Shown piece by piece: positions 10,863 to 24,460 of a DNA stretch of 64,000 nucleotides. A program made the translations under genes and the position numbers. How positions within the stretch are numbered: position 1 is the first letter of the stretch; each line of letters starts with the position of its first letter. This DNA comes from Camelus dromedarius (lineage: Eukaryota). A model generated the notes under the pieces. That model was not told the DNA's origin, made no database searches, and saw only the letters and a program-made list of their open reading frames with translations. The stretch lies in contig NC_087447.1 of NCBI RefSeq assembly GCF_036321535.1, positions 49,602,001 through 49,666,000 of the forward strand, given 5' to 3'.

Positions 10863-13800
10863 CGCCCAGGGCTGGAAGGATAGACCTGAGGGTCATCAGG
10901 TCTCCTGAACTTGTGTTACTGTCTCCCTGCCGGCTGGCCCCAGCCACTGCCTGCACTTCCCTGGGTGGGGCACACACCACAGTGAGGAAGCCCACCATCT
11001 GCGGTCCAGTGTTTAGACCCTGAGAAGAAGCCTGGATTTCTGTCAGCTCCACCTCCCTCCCGTCCATGCCCTGATCTGGGTTCGGTGCTCTGGGGTCACC
11101 CTTCCACAGAATGTCCTGCTGCCTGCCCCAGGACAACCTTTCAGATACTTGAAGGGACAGCAATCGTGTCCTTATTTCGGCTTCTCTGGGCATCACACGT
11201 CCCACAACAGCTCAGGACCCTCACCATCCTGGCTGCTCTCCTCATTATACATCTCAGTTGGCTCCTGTTCCTTGGAAAGTGTGACCCCAGAACTGAAAAT
11301 GATGTCGCAGTTACAGTCTCCAAGCAGGACATACCTCCTCTGTCCTGGAATCTATACCTCCATTGATATAACCCTAGGCCACTTTAGCCTCCTCTCAGGC
11401 ATGTCAGTGCTGCTTCCCAACTCCACTCCTCCTCATCTGCCCAGTAACGCCCTCCTTAGCAACTAAAGATTCAGTTTCCAGGGTGACTTCCTCAGTCACC
11501 CAGACCTCTACCTTCAGAGGCTGAGTACTCCTTCTCCTGTGTGCCCACAGCCCCTCTCTGTTCCCATCCCCTCGCCCCATCACAGCAGCCCTATCAGATG
11601 AGCTGCCAACTGTTTTGTAGCTGCCTCTTCAGACTGGGGCTCTTTGAGGGCAGAGATCCTGTCTGCTTCTTCCTATTTCCTCTCTGTCTTTCCCTCCCTC
11701 CCTCTCTCCTTTCCCCCTCCTCTCTATCCTCCCCCCCATCCTTCCATATACATTTGATGAGTGCCTACTCAGTTGAATAGAGTGGAGAGCCGGAGCACTT
11801 GGGCATGGGGCTGGCACATATAGGAGATCTCCATCCCAAATGGAGAGTTTTAAAAATAACTCACACGCAATTAAATTCTGACAACCGCATTTACATGACA
11901 CACAAATTCTTTCCAATTTTAACTGCCTTAGTACTTTTTTGTCCTCCCAAACTGTAACCTCTCTTTATGGTTTTCTAAGAGGACTTTACATACAAGGTAG
12001 CACATCATATTCTCACCACAGCCCCGTCAGCCAGGCAGATAGACAGGGGTCACTCACATCCTCCATTTTCCAGAGGTGGAAGTAAGGCTCAGAAAGGTCA
12101 CCTAGGGAGTTTGTGGCAATGTCAAGACCTTAACTGAGGATAACAGACTTTCAGTAAAGCTCTTTCCTTTCTACAACAGTATCCCTCAGGGGTGTGACTT
12201 CAACCATAGAGATTCCAACTTTGTCTGCAGATGTCTGAACTGGGTCTGGCTTGATATAACCATGACTGTTTCTAACTGGTCCAGGAGGCTGGAGTCATTG
12301 ACCTCTGTAGGTCCCCAGCTCTGAGCTCCCAACTGCATCTCCTGAGAGTTGTCTCTCTGGGGCCCCAACAAGTCCCACTTTGTCTTAGCCCTTCCTGCAG
12401 CCACTACACAAGGACAGCCCTGGTATACCTCCTGGTGTTCAGCAGACCCTGGCAAAGAAGCTAGTCCTAGAAAGCAGGGGCATCCTGGTCTCAGAGTGCC
12501 CATCCACACCACACCTGTGAGCCCTACCTGTAAGGCTGCCCATTGGTCTGCCAGCCCGGGGCCACACTGAGAGTCCACCCAGATGTCGCTCATCAGCACA
12601 GACAGAGCAGCAAGGACCACAGCTGGAAAAAAGGCTGCCACCACAAGGCTTAATTCTGGGCGGGGGGAGTAGAGGAGTGGGGAGGAGGAAGTAATGGTGC
12701 TGATCAGACTCAGCATCTCTGACCTTCATCTGACTCATTTTCCAAAGATGAAGAGAGTATGTAGGGTCACTGAAGGTTTGGAGCAAGAAAGGGATGGGAT
12801 GAGATGGCTCTTTCAGGAATTCTTTACCATAGGTATCCTAGAGATGGCCCTGAGTCCTGGACAAAGAATGGGTTTGTCACCCAAACCTGGCTCCAAATCC
12901 CAGCTTGCCACTCACAAGTTGTGCACCTGTTATTTAACCACTGAGTCTCAATTTCTGTATCTGTAGATGGGGATGCTGCTTACAGACTCTCTAGCCCTGT
13001 TGTGAGGATTAAATGGAAACAAGTGTGTAAAGGTCAAATAAATGTTTCTTCCCTTCCCCTGAGCTGTGGCACCTCTGCCTTTTACAAAACTGGCACTAGA
13101 GACCTGGGGCAGAGTCTTGGTTGGGATTTGTCTCCACTACTCCAGGCTCCCTGCAGGCAGATGTGTTCTCCTGAAGCACAGGGAGATGGTTGCGCTAGGG
13201 GGCTAGATGGTTTTGTTTCCCACCCTGTGTTGTGGTTGTTTTTTCCTTTTTGCAGTTAAATACCTTTTCTAGGTATAACCTGATAAGACTAAATAAATTC
13301 CCAGTTGTAGAATAAATATTTTAAAAGCTTCCTTGGTTGTTTTTACACCAAGAAGGCAAACTCAGGGGCAGAGCTGACTGTCTCAATGGGCTGCAAAGAC
13401 TCTGGTAATCATGCTGGTGACCCTTTTTAAAATGTGCAGTGCTGCACTAAGGCCAGCAGACGGGAATGGCTCAGTTCTTGTCCAGATGGGAACTTGCAAA
13501 TCAATCTTTGTCCTCCCCTCTACCCTATCTAAAGCAAAGGATGGGATCTTGACCCATTAATCAAAAATTGGCTTAATGTGTCCAGAGGGAATCAATGAAG
13601 ATGACCATGTAATTGCATGGACTCCATACCAGGTGGTTGATAGGGTGTGCTCAGGGAGGTAGGGCCAGGAAGGGCTGGGGAGGGGAGGGGGCAGCAGAGC
13701 CAGTGCAAGAGGGGCTTTATTTCAAGTCGTTGCAAGGCAGAGGGAGTGGATTTGCCATGTGGAGCTCCAGCTACCACCATTCCGCTGGGACTGGAGTAAG

Positions 13801-14539
13801 GATGGTAAGTAACTGGGAAGTGGTGGTCAGCAAACTACCCATAAAATGAACTATGACAAGGGCGTTCCACTTACAGTTGGCAGAGGTCTTCGCAGGCATC
13901 CTCACGGGGCCCTCATGAGAGTCCTCTGAATCTCAAACAGGATTTTCTGCTATCAGACCTCTTACCACCTGCTACCCTACACCATGGAACCAAACAGATT
14001 CAGGTCACACCACATCCCTTGCTGAGCAAACTCCTGATTTCTGAATTTGGGGACCAAATACAATTGGGTAGCAATGGACACTTGTACTCTTACAATCTCT
14101 TTGAAGTTCAAAGAAAGTAAGAAACTCAGCCAAGGTCATACAGCTTGTAATCAGCAGAGCTCGGATTTTGAACCAGGCCTGCCGGCTATAATTCTCAGCC
14201 CTTCTTTCTCAGATATGCCCCTCGAGGGACGCCTCTACTATCCTGGAGTTAAGAGCTCTGCACTGGGCAGGGGGTGGGATCATCCAACCTCTTAAGATTA
14301 CCCTCTAACTGAGAATCTATGATTTTATGAAGTCAAGACTGTTTAGAAAAAGTGGCCACAGAAAGTACAGAGGTGGGCTGGCCCAGAGGCTGGCCATTAT
14401 AAAACCAGCCATTGGCTCCTCTGTGCTCTGCTGTTGTCTTGATGTCTCTCGAAACCACCCCTCTCATGTGAGCAGAGCCAATTGTTAGGCAGAACAAAGC
14501 CTTGTGGAGGCGCCATGGTGAAAATGGAGCAGATGGTGA

Positions 14540-15030
14540 ATATCGTCATTCATTCGCTCGCTTATTCATTCAACACACACTTGAGAAGACATTATCCGTG
14601 GTAGACACTGGGCCAGAAGCCGGGGCTACAAAGATGAGCAGAAGGACTAGGTCCTTGCCCTGGGAGAACACAGTCTGGGTGAGGGGGAACACATACACAT
14701 GAGCAGATGACACAGTACGTGTGCTAAGTTCCATGATGAAGAACACACAGGGAGCATCTTACCCAGCCTGGGAGGTGCGGGAAAGGCTTCCTGGAGCTGT
14801 CCCCTGAGCAGACGGAGTCTTGAAGGATGAGTTAGCCAGGTGGAGAAGCAGAAGGGCAGTCTGAGCAGGTGGGGCAGCGTGGGTAAAGCATGGAGGTGAG
14901 AAGCAGCATGGGGCGCTGAGCAGAGACAAGCTTCTGCAGGCCACGAGGAGCCCGCGGATGGTTTAAAGCAGGGTGTGTCATGGTCAGAGGTGCATGTTCT
15001 AAAGATCCCTCTGGCAGCTTAAGCCAGTAG
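14540..15030. mobile_element. L2 LINE fragment
   Basis: cattcattc...caacacacacttgag start and ggaaaggcttcctggag, typical of the L2 3' end. Confidence 0.55.
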
Positions 15031-18000
15031 CGGTGGCAATAACTGATGCATCTCAGCATCTGAAGCTCGCTCGGCCCCAAATAAGATGTCTGGGTTGAGA
15101 CAGTTATATACAATGCCTAGCTAACAAGCGACAGAGGGCCACTTATATGAGGACAAGGGATAGAGTTAAGCTCCATTCCAATTTGGAATAAAATGCACAG
15201 GATGGCAGTCTCAGATCTAATACCTCCGATGTCAGGTAATGGACACCAGTTTTATCTTGGTATCTCCAGGACCAGGTATACTTCTAATGAATGAAAACTT
15301 TATTGGATTATTCTGTATTCAGTAACCATGCATTTTAGTCACCCAGTCAGTTAATTTAGCACCCAGAGGAGAAAATGTGTGTATATCTGGCTGAGACAAT
15401 TGGTTAATTCTGTCAGGATGTTTCAGCCAGTTGTGTGTGAAGACCTGACCCAATTCTTATTTCCCCTGACTTATATCTGAGTCCCAAGATTTATAGGGGA
15501 TCCCAGGTAAGCCTGCAGGAGGGTCTGTAATGCCCAAGCAGACATGGCACCTTGAGGTGAGGGTGTAATTTAGTTAGGAGTCCCACGTGTCTGAAAGCTG
15601 ACTCCCTCCAGGCCGGCCCCTGCCTCAGGTGAAGGGGGAAGCAGCTCAGCCTGCGAGCAGGAGACCCGGCTCCACGCTTCCTCCGTCTGTCTCAGCCGGA
15701 TGAGCTGGCAGACCAGACGCCCTCCCCTCTGAGAGTCCCTCTCCTGCCTGTTGCCTGGTGCAGACACTTGCTCCATGACATCAGGAGGGGTCAGTGTGAT
15801 CGCACAGAAAGACAGGCTTTGTAAACAATCAGCAAATATACATTGTTAGAATATTATTGTTTACGTCTGTAGACTCAAAGGCATTCCATAGCCGAAATCC
15901 TTTAAAAGCATTCTTCTTAATTAGCGTTTGCCTCTATCAACTTCATATATTATCAGAGATTTACTCAGTTAGCTATCTGTCAGAAAGACAGGGAACACAG
16001 ACCTTTCAAGTCCTGTACGGGGAAGGTGGAGGGGCTGAAGTGACCTCTATTTAGTGTCCACTATGGGTTTCCCCACAGCCTGCAAGTTGTTTCACCCTCA
16101 CTCCTCTCTTCTGAGGTGGGTATTAGAGTCCCCATTTTCAGAGGAGGACACCAAGGCTCAAAGAGTTTAGTGAATGACACAGACTTGGACAGCCAGCACT
16201 GACTTCCATCCATAAATCTCATAAACAGCTAAGTGCACCACCACTGGTAACCTATGTTCACAAGCTAAGGAAGAAAATATAGAATGATGGCAACCCTGTT
16301 ACTATAGCTGTTCTAGGATGGTCCAGGTGTCATGGGGACAGATGCACCAATGGCCATGGGATGGAGAGCTGTGAACCGTGTGCCAGGTCCTACAAGTGTG
16401 GAGGCTGAGGAGGGTTGCTTCCCTTCATTTGAAAAAGCTGCCTCTCCTGTCTCAGTGGCCTCGGCTGCCCTGCTGCTGTCCCTGCCCTGCTGGCCTCAAG
16501 TGGAGCAGCGATAGGGTCTCGCCTTATTTATAGATGGTCCACCGGCTACATCCTGCAAGAAACTTTTTATACTTGAGATTGTGAACATGTAAAATGCTCT
16601 AAGAAATTTCAGCAGGGAGAGGACCTTAAAACCATGATGACACAGTCTTTGTGAAAGGGGACACTCCCCGAACCTATGGGAAGCAGGCTGTGCGTTTTTA
16701 AAACCTAGTGGGGGAAAAAAAAAGGAAGAACTTTCCTAAGAACATATAAACTCTAAGGAAGACTCAAACTACACTTACAACTAATGTAGTAATGATGACC
16801 TATTTTAAAGCTAGAGGCTGGTTTTAGCTTTGTTTGCTGTTTCAGGGAGGTGAGGTGATAATAATCACAGGTGGAGATTTGCCCCCTGGGTGTTGGCAGC
16901 TCAGGGAGCATGGATGGAAAGCGAGGCTGAGGCTGTATGTGAGCCCCAACCGCTGGGCGGCACAGAGAAAGCCACATGGCTCCCACCCGCCTGCTTCTCC
17001 GCTGCCCACTCTTGCCCTCTCTCGGACTCCGAGTGCATCTCACCTTCCCCTGGGTTGTTCTCAGTGTCTTCACACATGTGATTCTGTGGGTCTTTTTCTC
17101 TCTCTGCCTCTGTTTCTACCTCTCTATTTCTCTCCACCTCTCTCAATCCCTAGTGTTGAATAAAACAATTCTTAACTGATCAAAAAAGAGCTAAATAATA
17201 CACATTTATGTATGTTTGATTTATTGAATAGGATTTGGGGTTTTCTGCCTCATACAAAAGCAGGCAGGAATGTTTTCTGTTCATCTGGAAAATGAATATA
17301 CAGTGGTTTTTTTTTTTCATAAACGTGACCCTTGATTGATTCCTACCATGGCTCCTCCCCAAAGCCCAGAAACTGGGGAGCAGCAACAGAATGAATCCCA
17401 GCCTAGAGTTCCTAGCCTGGAGCAAGAGGGGACCCGCGGTTGGTGCCCAGTATGAGTGTGAGGGTGAGCAGCACGATGGCAGGAACATGCACACAGGGGG
17501 GTGCAAGCTGGGTATGTAGATGGAGAAACCCCAGTTAACCACCGCCCCCCACATGACACCAGGTCCTCCCCAAGAGAATCACGCCCCAGGGCTGAGCTCA
17601 CCTGATGTTGGAGCCCCCAGAGCTCTGCTCCTGCAGCTCCCTCTGTCTGTCTGATTGGCCACCCCGGGCTCTGTTCACCTGGTCATCACCTGCCCTCCGC
17701 TGAGGTCCTCCCTGACCCATGAAATCTGCTAGAAAAGACTCCTCCTTCATGCTCCACTGTGATGGGAGATGGCGTCTCAGTCATCCTGGTTCCCTATTCC
17801 AGGCACAATGCCTGGCGCGTAATAGGTATTCAATCAGCATGTTTGGAAAAAGGAAGAGGGATCCCATACAAAAGTACAGAATCTCCCATGTTAGCAGAAG
17901 GATATCAAAATGGGCACATTGAGGTGCCCATCTATCTGCTCTCCTGCCGGAAGCCCCTGTATGCCCTGCACACCCACCTCCCACCCATTCTCCAAGGTTC

Positions 18001-18621
18001 CCCTCCACGAAGCCTCTGATTCCCCACCCCTGGTGGGAAGAGTTCTGTCCTCTATCTGAGCTCCCAGCTCCCTGGTCTACTGTTACCTTGTTGGGACTCT
18101 CTTATGGCAGTTTCCACACCCCCGTTAGGCGCACACCAGACTGTCACCCAATAACCCACACAGTGAGCCAGTCCCAGAAGGTGGATCCTCCACAATGACC
18201 AGATTAAATGAGTCAGACAAGGCATCTCTGCCATTGCTTGGGAGGAGAAAATCCAGAACAGACAGTCCTGTGGGTCGATGGGAAAGGGTGGAGGTCAGGA
18301 CCCAGCCTCCCAGCATGGCCAGGCGGCGCTGGTCACTCACTCCCAGCACCAGGGCATCAAAACGTTACACTACCTTGTTGGCCAGTGGGTCTCTTGGTCC
18401 ATCTTCGCTTTTCCCAACACTTAGCTCTGACTGCTTGCAATTAGTATCAGAGAGGCAAGTATCTAAAAGAGTCAAGCTGAGTTATGGAGAACCCCAGACA
18501 AACTGCAGGGCACAGCTCACCTCATGGAGAGTGGCTCAAATGGCAAAGGTTGGTTCCTTCGCCTACTCAGCTGGGCCTTACCAAGGAAATAAGATCAAGA
18601 AAGTGGTGTTCGTCTTTAGCA

Positions 18622-18627
18622 TTTATT
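18622..18627 (-). terminator. Candidate intronic polyadenylation signal for the short MAP6 isoform
   Basis: AATAAA on the minus strand about 3 kb past the TAA at 21657, with upstream TGTA elements. Alternative hexamers exist at 20920, 19164 and 17220. Confidence 0.45.
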
Positions 18628-18642
18628 TATAATTGGAAAAAC

Positions 18643-18678
18643 TGTTTGTTTGTTTGTTTGTTTGTTTGTTTGTTTGTT
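18643..18678. repeat. (GTTT)n microsatellite
   Basis: Seen directly. Confidence 0.9.
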
Positions 18679-21390
18679 TTTTCTGAGCAAGCACAGACCA
18701 CAAGCACGTCACAATCAATTGGCTATACATGAATATTTTTGTCATTTTCTTACTAACAGCAGGAATGAAATAGCACCAAGAGAGGTGTGCGCTACACATA
18801 CAAAGACAATCTGTGGTATGCAACAAACCCAGGCCACAAAATCGCAAGTAGACACTTCCTGTCTGCCTTGGGAGAGGCAAAGGCATCATGGGAGCACCAG
18901 CGGATAACGAAAAGCTTTAAGGACCCGACGCACAGCTTCAAGGATTATTTTTGCAGGCGAGGGAAGCAGACAGTGGGAAAGCTTCAGTCCTCGCTCATTT
19001 GTCAGGGGAGTTCAGGGAACCACAGGGAATGGTACAAAAATGGGCAGAACAGGCATTCGAAGCTTGGTCACCTTCAGAAAGGCAAAACCAAAACATTGCT
19101 TGTGAAGCTGATGTCAGTCAGTGTCAATCAGCCTGTTTGGATACAGACCGAGACTGGCTGAGTTTTATTTGTAAACAGTAGAAATCAAAGGAGGTTTCCT
19201 GCCAGTGAAGTGACACATTCAAGAGTCAAAGTGAACTACCAACAAGGTTTCATCAGCTGGAGGTGCTAAAAAGATGGGGGAAACTAAAGGGTTGAAGAAT
19301 CCTACAGGTCATCTAGAGCCTCAGGCAGGGCAGGGAAGAAACTCAGTGCCTGGGGCTATAAAGCAGGTGGGAAACTACCATTTGGTCAGCACAAACTTGA
19401 ATCAGACACAGGGATTGAGTCCTATGTATCCTGGTTGTGCTGCTGTGGAGACAGATTTAGGCACACTACCCACTGTGGCTGGCCCCGTGTAGGGCACACA
19501 GGCATTCAATAAGTGAATGTGGAATGAATGGTCCCCCATGCATTGTAAAGCTTGATTTTACTTGATCTACAAAAAATAGATGACTATTCTACGGAGAAAT
19601 CCAAATTGTGGCTAACATCAACATGTCTGACTAATGTCAGCTCTCAAGAGAACGAACACACACTGGCAAATTCTCTGGACAAAGTTAAGATCATATTGAC
19701 AGGGCTGTCTGGCTATTGTTAAGATTAGCTAGCAAATACCCGGAATCAGCACTGAGATCTACTCTCGCCGTTTCTGGCTTGGCATCAAAATCTGGGATTC
19801 ATAAACTGCGACTAACATTTTCTACCTTCCTCAGTCCTTCTCCTTCATCACAGCTCCTTCTCTGAGACAGAAAGGAGGAGGGCAGCAGCCCTGCTAGTCC
19901 TGTTCTCTTAGGAAACAGGGCCCAAATAGCACAGGCTCAACTCATTTACAAGAGATTTCTCAATCAGCCCAAAGGTGAAAAACAAAATGGTGGAAACGGA
20001 GGTCTTGCTGCCCGAAAGGTCAGAGTAGGAGAGAGCTTGTGGAGGCTCTACCGGCATCAACTGGAAGGACTTAGAAAGGGACTTGAGGACTTCACTCTTC
20101 ACCACTTTCATTACAAAAGAAAAGTACCCCAGAGCAAAGGCTGGCGTCACACAACAGCCCAGAAATTTCAGAATGCTGGTGACACTGAGCACTCTGAAGA
20201 CATGAGAAATAAAGGTTACTGAACAACGTACACGTCACAGAGTTTGCAAATGCAATTTTTCTGGTAGGTATTTGGGGTCTTGCCACAACTCATTGACTAA
20301 TGCCTACAACACAACTCTAGCACAGCTAAGGTGGCACTGCCATCACTGGCAGGCAGTGCTGACCCACAGACATGAGACACACATACAAGGAGAGCTGCTT
20401 CTATTCATGAATGAGGTCAAAGATGTTTGCTAATCATGTCGCAGGGAACTCTCCTCATCTTAGGTTAAGTCACAGAAATGTCCCCTAACCTGAAGCTCAG
20501 CATCTCCTGTCCTCTTCCAGGAGCAGAGCAAGAACGGTCCAGGCAGGGACAGTAAACATCGCCACACCTGCCACTAACTACATCTGTTTCCTGCTGTGTG
20601 TTTCTCAGAAGCCACATTCTAAATACACTATTCTTACACCTTAAACTTTCTTCCTCAGTCATTTGTAACCAGCTGCTTTGCCAAATTGGCAGCACTGGCT
20701 AGGCTGAGGAAACAATCTCATTTTTGTCATCTTCTTACCATGTCTGGAATGTACCTAAGACACCTAACTTTTTTGCCCTGGCCTAGTTTTGGTCATCAGT
20801 GGCATCTCTCTTACTTGGTAGACAACTTAAAGCCCACTGGTAGGAAACTAAATGCAATCACGCGTTTCTAACGGAAGATTCTATGGAAAAACTACTTCAG
20901 CTTAACAGACACAACTCATTTTATTAGCATTAAGGCCAAAATTTCTTAAAAAATATTTCCACAAATTGTCAATTTCCAAAACCTGGCTGGGCTTCTATAG
21001 CATACAGGATAACTCTGTGAAGTTTGGCAATGAACATTTTTACCTATAGTTCAAAATTGATCACTGGCACAGACCCTGGGGAGGAAGTGGAGGAGGACGC
21101 CCCACGCTCACGTCGAAGCATGGCCAGGACTTTCTCCATAGCCCTCCTGCCTCCTGCCTTCCCCACCAGGCACACCCTCCCCTGCTGGAGGCACCACCCA
21201 CCTCTGGCTTCCTGCTGGTCGGGGACCAGCGGCAGGACCTGGTCTAGATCTGGACAGGAGGCAGGCCACTCGTCTTTGAAACAGGATCCCTCTGTTCAAA
21301 GAAACCAAACCAAAGAGCTCCTGGAACACTCGGGCTCCAGGCAGATGGGAAGCCTCTCATCAATTTTGTGGCCTTTTTTGTTGGTTGGTT

Positions 21391-21647
<257 letters not shown>

Positions 21648-21656
21648 TGCAGTGAA

Positions 21657-21857
21657 TTACTCTTTAGCCTCAGCCAGCTTATTGTTCATCTCTTTGCTCT
21701 GCTCCTTGTCCTCGGGCGGGGCAGTGCGGGGCCCCTCGGCGCTCTTTTTCTTGGAGGCCCGGCCCGACACCACCTGCTTGTCTTTGGCCTTCCTCGGGGC
21801 CTTATGGCTCGCTGAGGTCTTTTTTGGTTTGGAACTCTGGACACTAGGTTTCTCCAC
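21657..21857 (-). CDS. MAP6: MAP6 exon 3 as terminal coding exon of the short (E-STOP/MAP6-E type) isoform, ending AEAKE*
   Basis: If the donor is not used, the frame reads GAG TAA (stop at 21659-21657). An isoform lacking exon 4 is established for MAP6 in rodents and human. Confidence 0.85.
   Translation of the reverse strand: MEKPSVQSSKPKKTSASHKAPRKAKDKQVVSGRASKKKSAEGPRTAPPEDKEQSKEMNNKLAEAKE
21661..21857 (-). CDS. MAP6: MAP6 exon 3 (197 nt; VEKPSVQSSKPKKTSASHK...NNKLAEAK)
   Basis: Acceptor ctctccatgcag|GTG at 21858/21857 and donor AAAGA|GTAATT at 21661/21660. The lysine-rich peptide is recognisable as MAP6. The frame is continuous with exons 2 and 4. Confidence 0.95.
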
Positions 21858-22163
21858 CTGCATGGAGAGACAGACAGACCGCAAACGGAAACACGAAAAA
21901 GGCAGGAGTGGGAGGGAGAATTGAGAGAGAAGACGTGATTAGTGAAAGGATGATGGGAATGACAGCACAGGACACTGAGTGTCATGGCATAGGAAGCCTC
22001 TTCACTGATGCTAGGGCATCTGGCGTCTCCTGTCTGAAGCCCCCGGTCAGTTGTGTGGGCAGCCCTCTAGCTGGCCACGCTGGCTCCTGACCGCCAGCTC
22101 TCGCCCTCGGCCACTCCAGGCCGTGGGCTGTGTTTCTGTTTTGCGCTCTCTGCGGCCCATCCC

Positions 22164-22445
22164 TGTGGGAAGATTATACCTCGCCCTGCCCTGTTCAAGT
22201 CAGGCAGGCATGTGATTGGCTTTAGTCAATGAAAAGTGAGCAGAGGTGACATGGGTCACCTCCTGACAGAAATCAAGAATCAGCCTGCATTTGCTTCCCA
22301 ATGGCTCCTTTCCTCTGCCACAGGGAGAGGCTGCTCCCTCGCCCCAAATCCCAGATCCAAGAGCTGCAGCCAATCCACAGCAGATGCATATTAATAAGAA
22401 ATAAACTTTTGTTGATGGAGACATGGGGATTCTGGGTGGTTTATA
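22164..22445 (+). mobile_element. MLT1 (MaLR) LTR fragment, MLT1I/J-like
   Basis: catgtgattggctttagtcaatgaaaagtgagcagaggtgaca and agaaataaacttttgttg hallmarks. Confidence 0.65.
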
Positions 22446-22870
22446 GGATGGTGAGCTCAAGTGGACAAACATCCTCCCTGAGAGGCCCTGTGGGGCCGTC
22501 AGCACTGCCCAGCCCTCCAGACCTCATCTCTGGCCAGCACCCTGGAAGGTTTTCCCAGAGCAGCTGTTCAAGCCCACTCTGTTCTCCCCAAGCTCCCTCC
22601 TTGAGCTTTGCCCCCCTCATCCCTAGGAGATGGCCTTGCCTTCTCTTTCTCAAGAACTCAAGGCCACTGAGTACAATCCCTCAGTATGCCACCCTCTTCA
22701 CCCCATCCATCTCTAGGTTTACTTTCCCCAACCTTCCCTCCATCCTCCACTTGAATTTTCTGGGTTTCACCTCATCTGTGGAAGGTGGATACAGATGATA
22801 TTGGGCCTCAGAGGCTGGGCCATTCACTCAACAAGGTCCTGGGGTTTTCTGTCACCCTTAACCTGTAAAT

Positions 22871-22980
22871 AAGGTAATCATTTGTCCTAGTTTGCCCAGG
22901 ACTGAGGGATTTCATGGAATCTGGAACTTTCAATGCTACAACTGGAGTAGTCCACACAAACTGGGTTGGGTAGTTCCCTC
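22871..22980. mobile_element. MER81-like hAT DNA transposon (MITE)
   Basis: gtcctagtttgcccaggactgaggg...ggaactttcaatgcta with degenerate terminal inverted repeats. Confidence 0.55.
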
Positions 22981-23880
22981 ACCTGTAAACCAGTCCTGGG
23001 CCAAGTAGGAAACTCCACTTGACTGCAAGACTTTAGGGAAAAGAAGAGCAAAGGCTATTCAGGTTTTCAGAATTTTTCTGCTATTATAGAGAAGAGAGCT
23101 GATATTTGCACATTCCATGTGGCTTGACATCATAGAATAAGCTATGGTATGTGTGATTCCTGCTTTGGCAGCTGAATCTCCAACATGCTTCTCCCTCTCA
23201 TGGATGTATCCTGGGATGCAAATAAGGCAAAAATGTGTTGTCATAGGAAAATCCCTGAATCCACTATAACTTCCTCAGAAATGAAAGTCATTCACAAACT
23301 GTTTATTATGATAACAAGTTACTTGGAACATATCTTGAAGCTGATGTGACATGACAGGTGTGTTGTTACAAACTAAGAATTGCTGGTGGATCAAGGGAAA
23401 GGATAAGAAATGGCAGGTGATTTTCAGGGACTTGTGAAGGAAGGAAGTGTCCAGTGATTGGAGCTGAGGATGAGGCAGGGGCTGGGTGGGAAGGAAGTCA
23501 GGCGAGGATGCCTCTAAGGCTGGGCTAGCACTTCAGGGACAAAACACAGTTATCATAAGACAAGAGATTTAAGGTTCAGGTGAGATTTTCTGCCATTTTT
23601 TCCCCTGGGTTTCTCAAAATCAGAAGCTAGTTCTCTGAAATCTACCAGTCTTTAAGCCGTTTTCATTTTAGGTGATGTTTCTTCTTAACATTCCCTTTGA
23701 GTTTAGAAAAGTTCCTGGTAAGAAGCCCCTCTGCCTCTGTGTGCTACAAAGAAAAGGAGGGACTTTAAAGGAGCCCTTGGGGGTGGGGCCAGAGTTGGCA
23801 GTAGCCCTACTCCCACCTCTGCTACAGTTAACCCCACCGAGCCCAGCTGTGCTGATGGGTCTCCACAAGATCTGTCTCAC

Positions 23881-24094
23881 CTTTGGAGGTTCCTTGAAGG
23901 GTTCGCTGTAGAGGCTGCGTATTCTTCTGCGATCAATGATCTTATTGTCAGCTGGGGTTGGCTTATTGGCTTCCCCTTTAAACTGGGCACTGTAGCTGGT
24001 CTCGTGAGCCATCTTATCATCTGGTGGCTTGTACTGGGGCTTGGCTTTGATGGGTTTCACAGGCTTGATGTCCGTCCATGCTCGGAATTCATTC
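23881..24094 (-). CDS. MAP6: MAP6 exon 2 (214 nt; NEFRAWTDIKPVKPIKAKPQYKPP...RRRIRSLYSEPFKEPPK)
   Basis: Acceptor ctttgattcgcag|G at 24095/24094 and donor AAG|GTGAGA at 23881/23880. Contains the RRRIRSLYSEPFKE calmodulin-binding/microtubule-stabilising segment of MAP6. Confidence 0.95.
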
Positions 24095-24326
24095 CTGCGA
24101 ATCAAAGAAAGCCCAAGTGATGTGACGCCTCTGATGCCTGGAAGCAGTGCCCTCACACAGGGCAGCCAACACAGCAATCAGTGCCTGTCGTGAACTCACT
24201 CTCTCCTCCTGGATGAGGGCAAGTGTTCCTTCCTGCCCAGTCAAGACAGGTTGTGGCAAGAACAGTAGTACCTCGGAGGAAGAGCTCGGGCTCCGGCTCC
24301 CATGTGTCACCATGGACAGGCAATTC

Positions 24327-24460
24327 TTTTCAGATTTTTCTCCATTATAGCTTATTACAAGAAATTGAATATATTTCCCTGTGCTATACTGTAGGTCCTT
24401 GGTGTTTATCTATTTTATATATAGTAGTGTGTGTCTGTTAATCACATCTCCTAATTTAAC
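24327..24460 (-). mobile_element. Short L1 3'-region fragment (artiodactyl L1-like)
   Basis: ttgaatatatttccctgtgctatactgtaggtcc motif, flanked by an imperfect direct repeat ggacaggcaattct / ggactggcagttct. Confidence 0.7.

Noticed and set aside
23668..24177. 169-aa ORF extending beyond exon 2 on both sides
   Set aside because: Canonical splice sites bound the MAP6-like part. The flanks look like chance intronic read-through.
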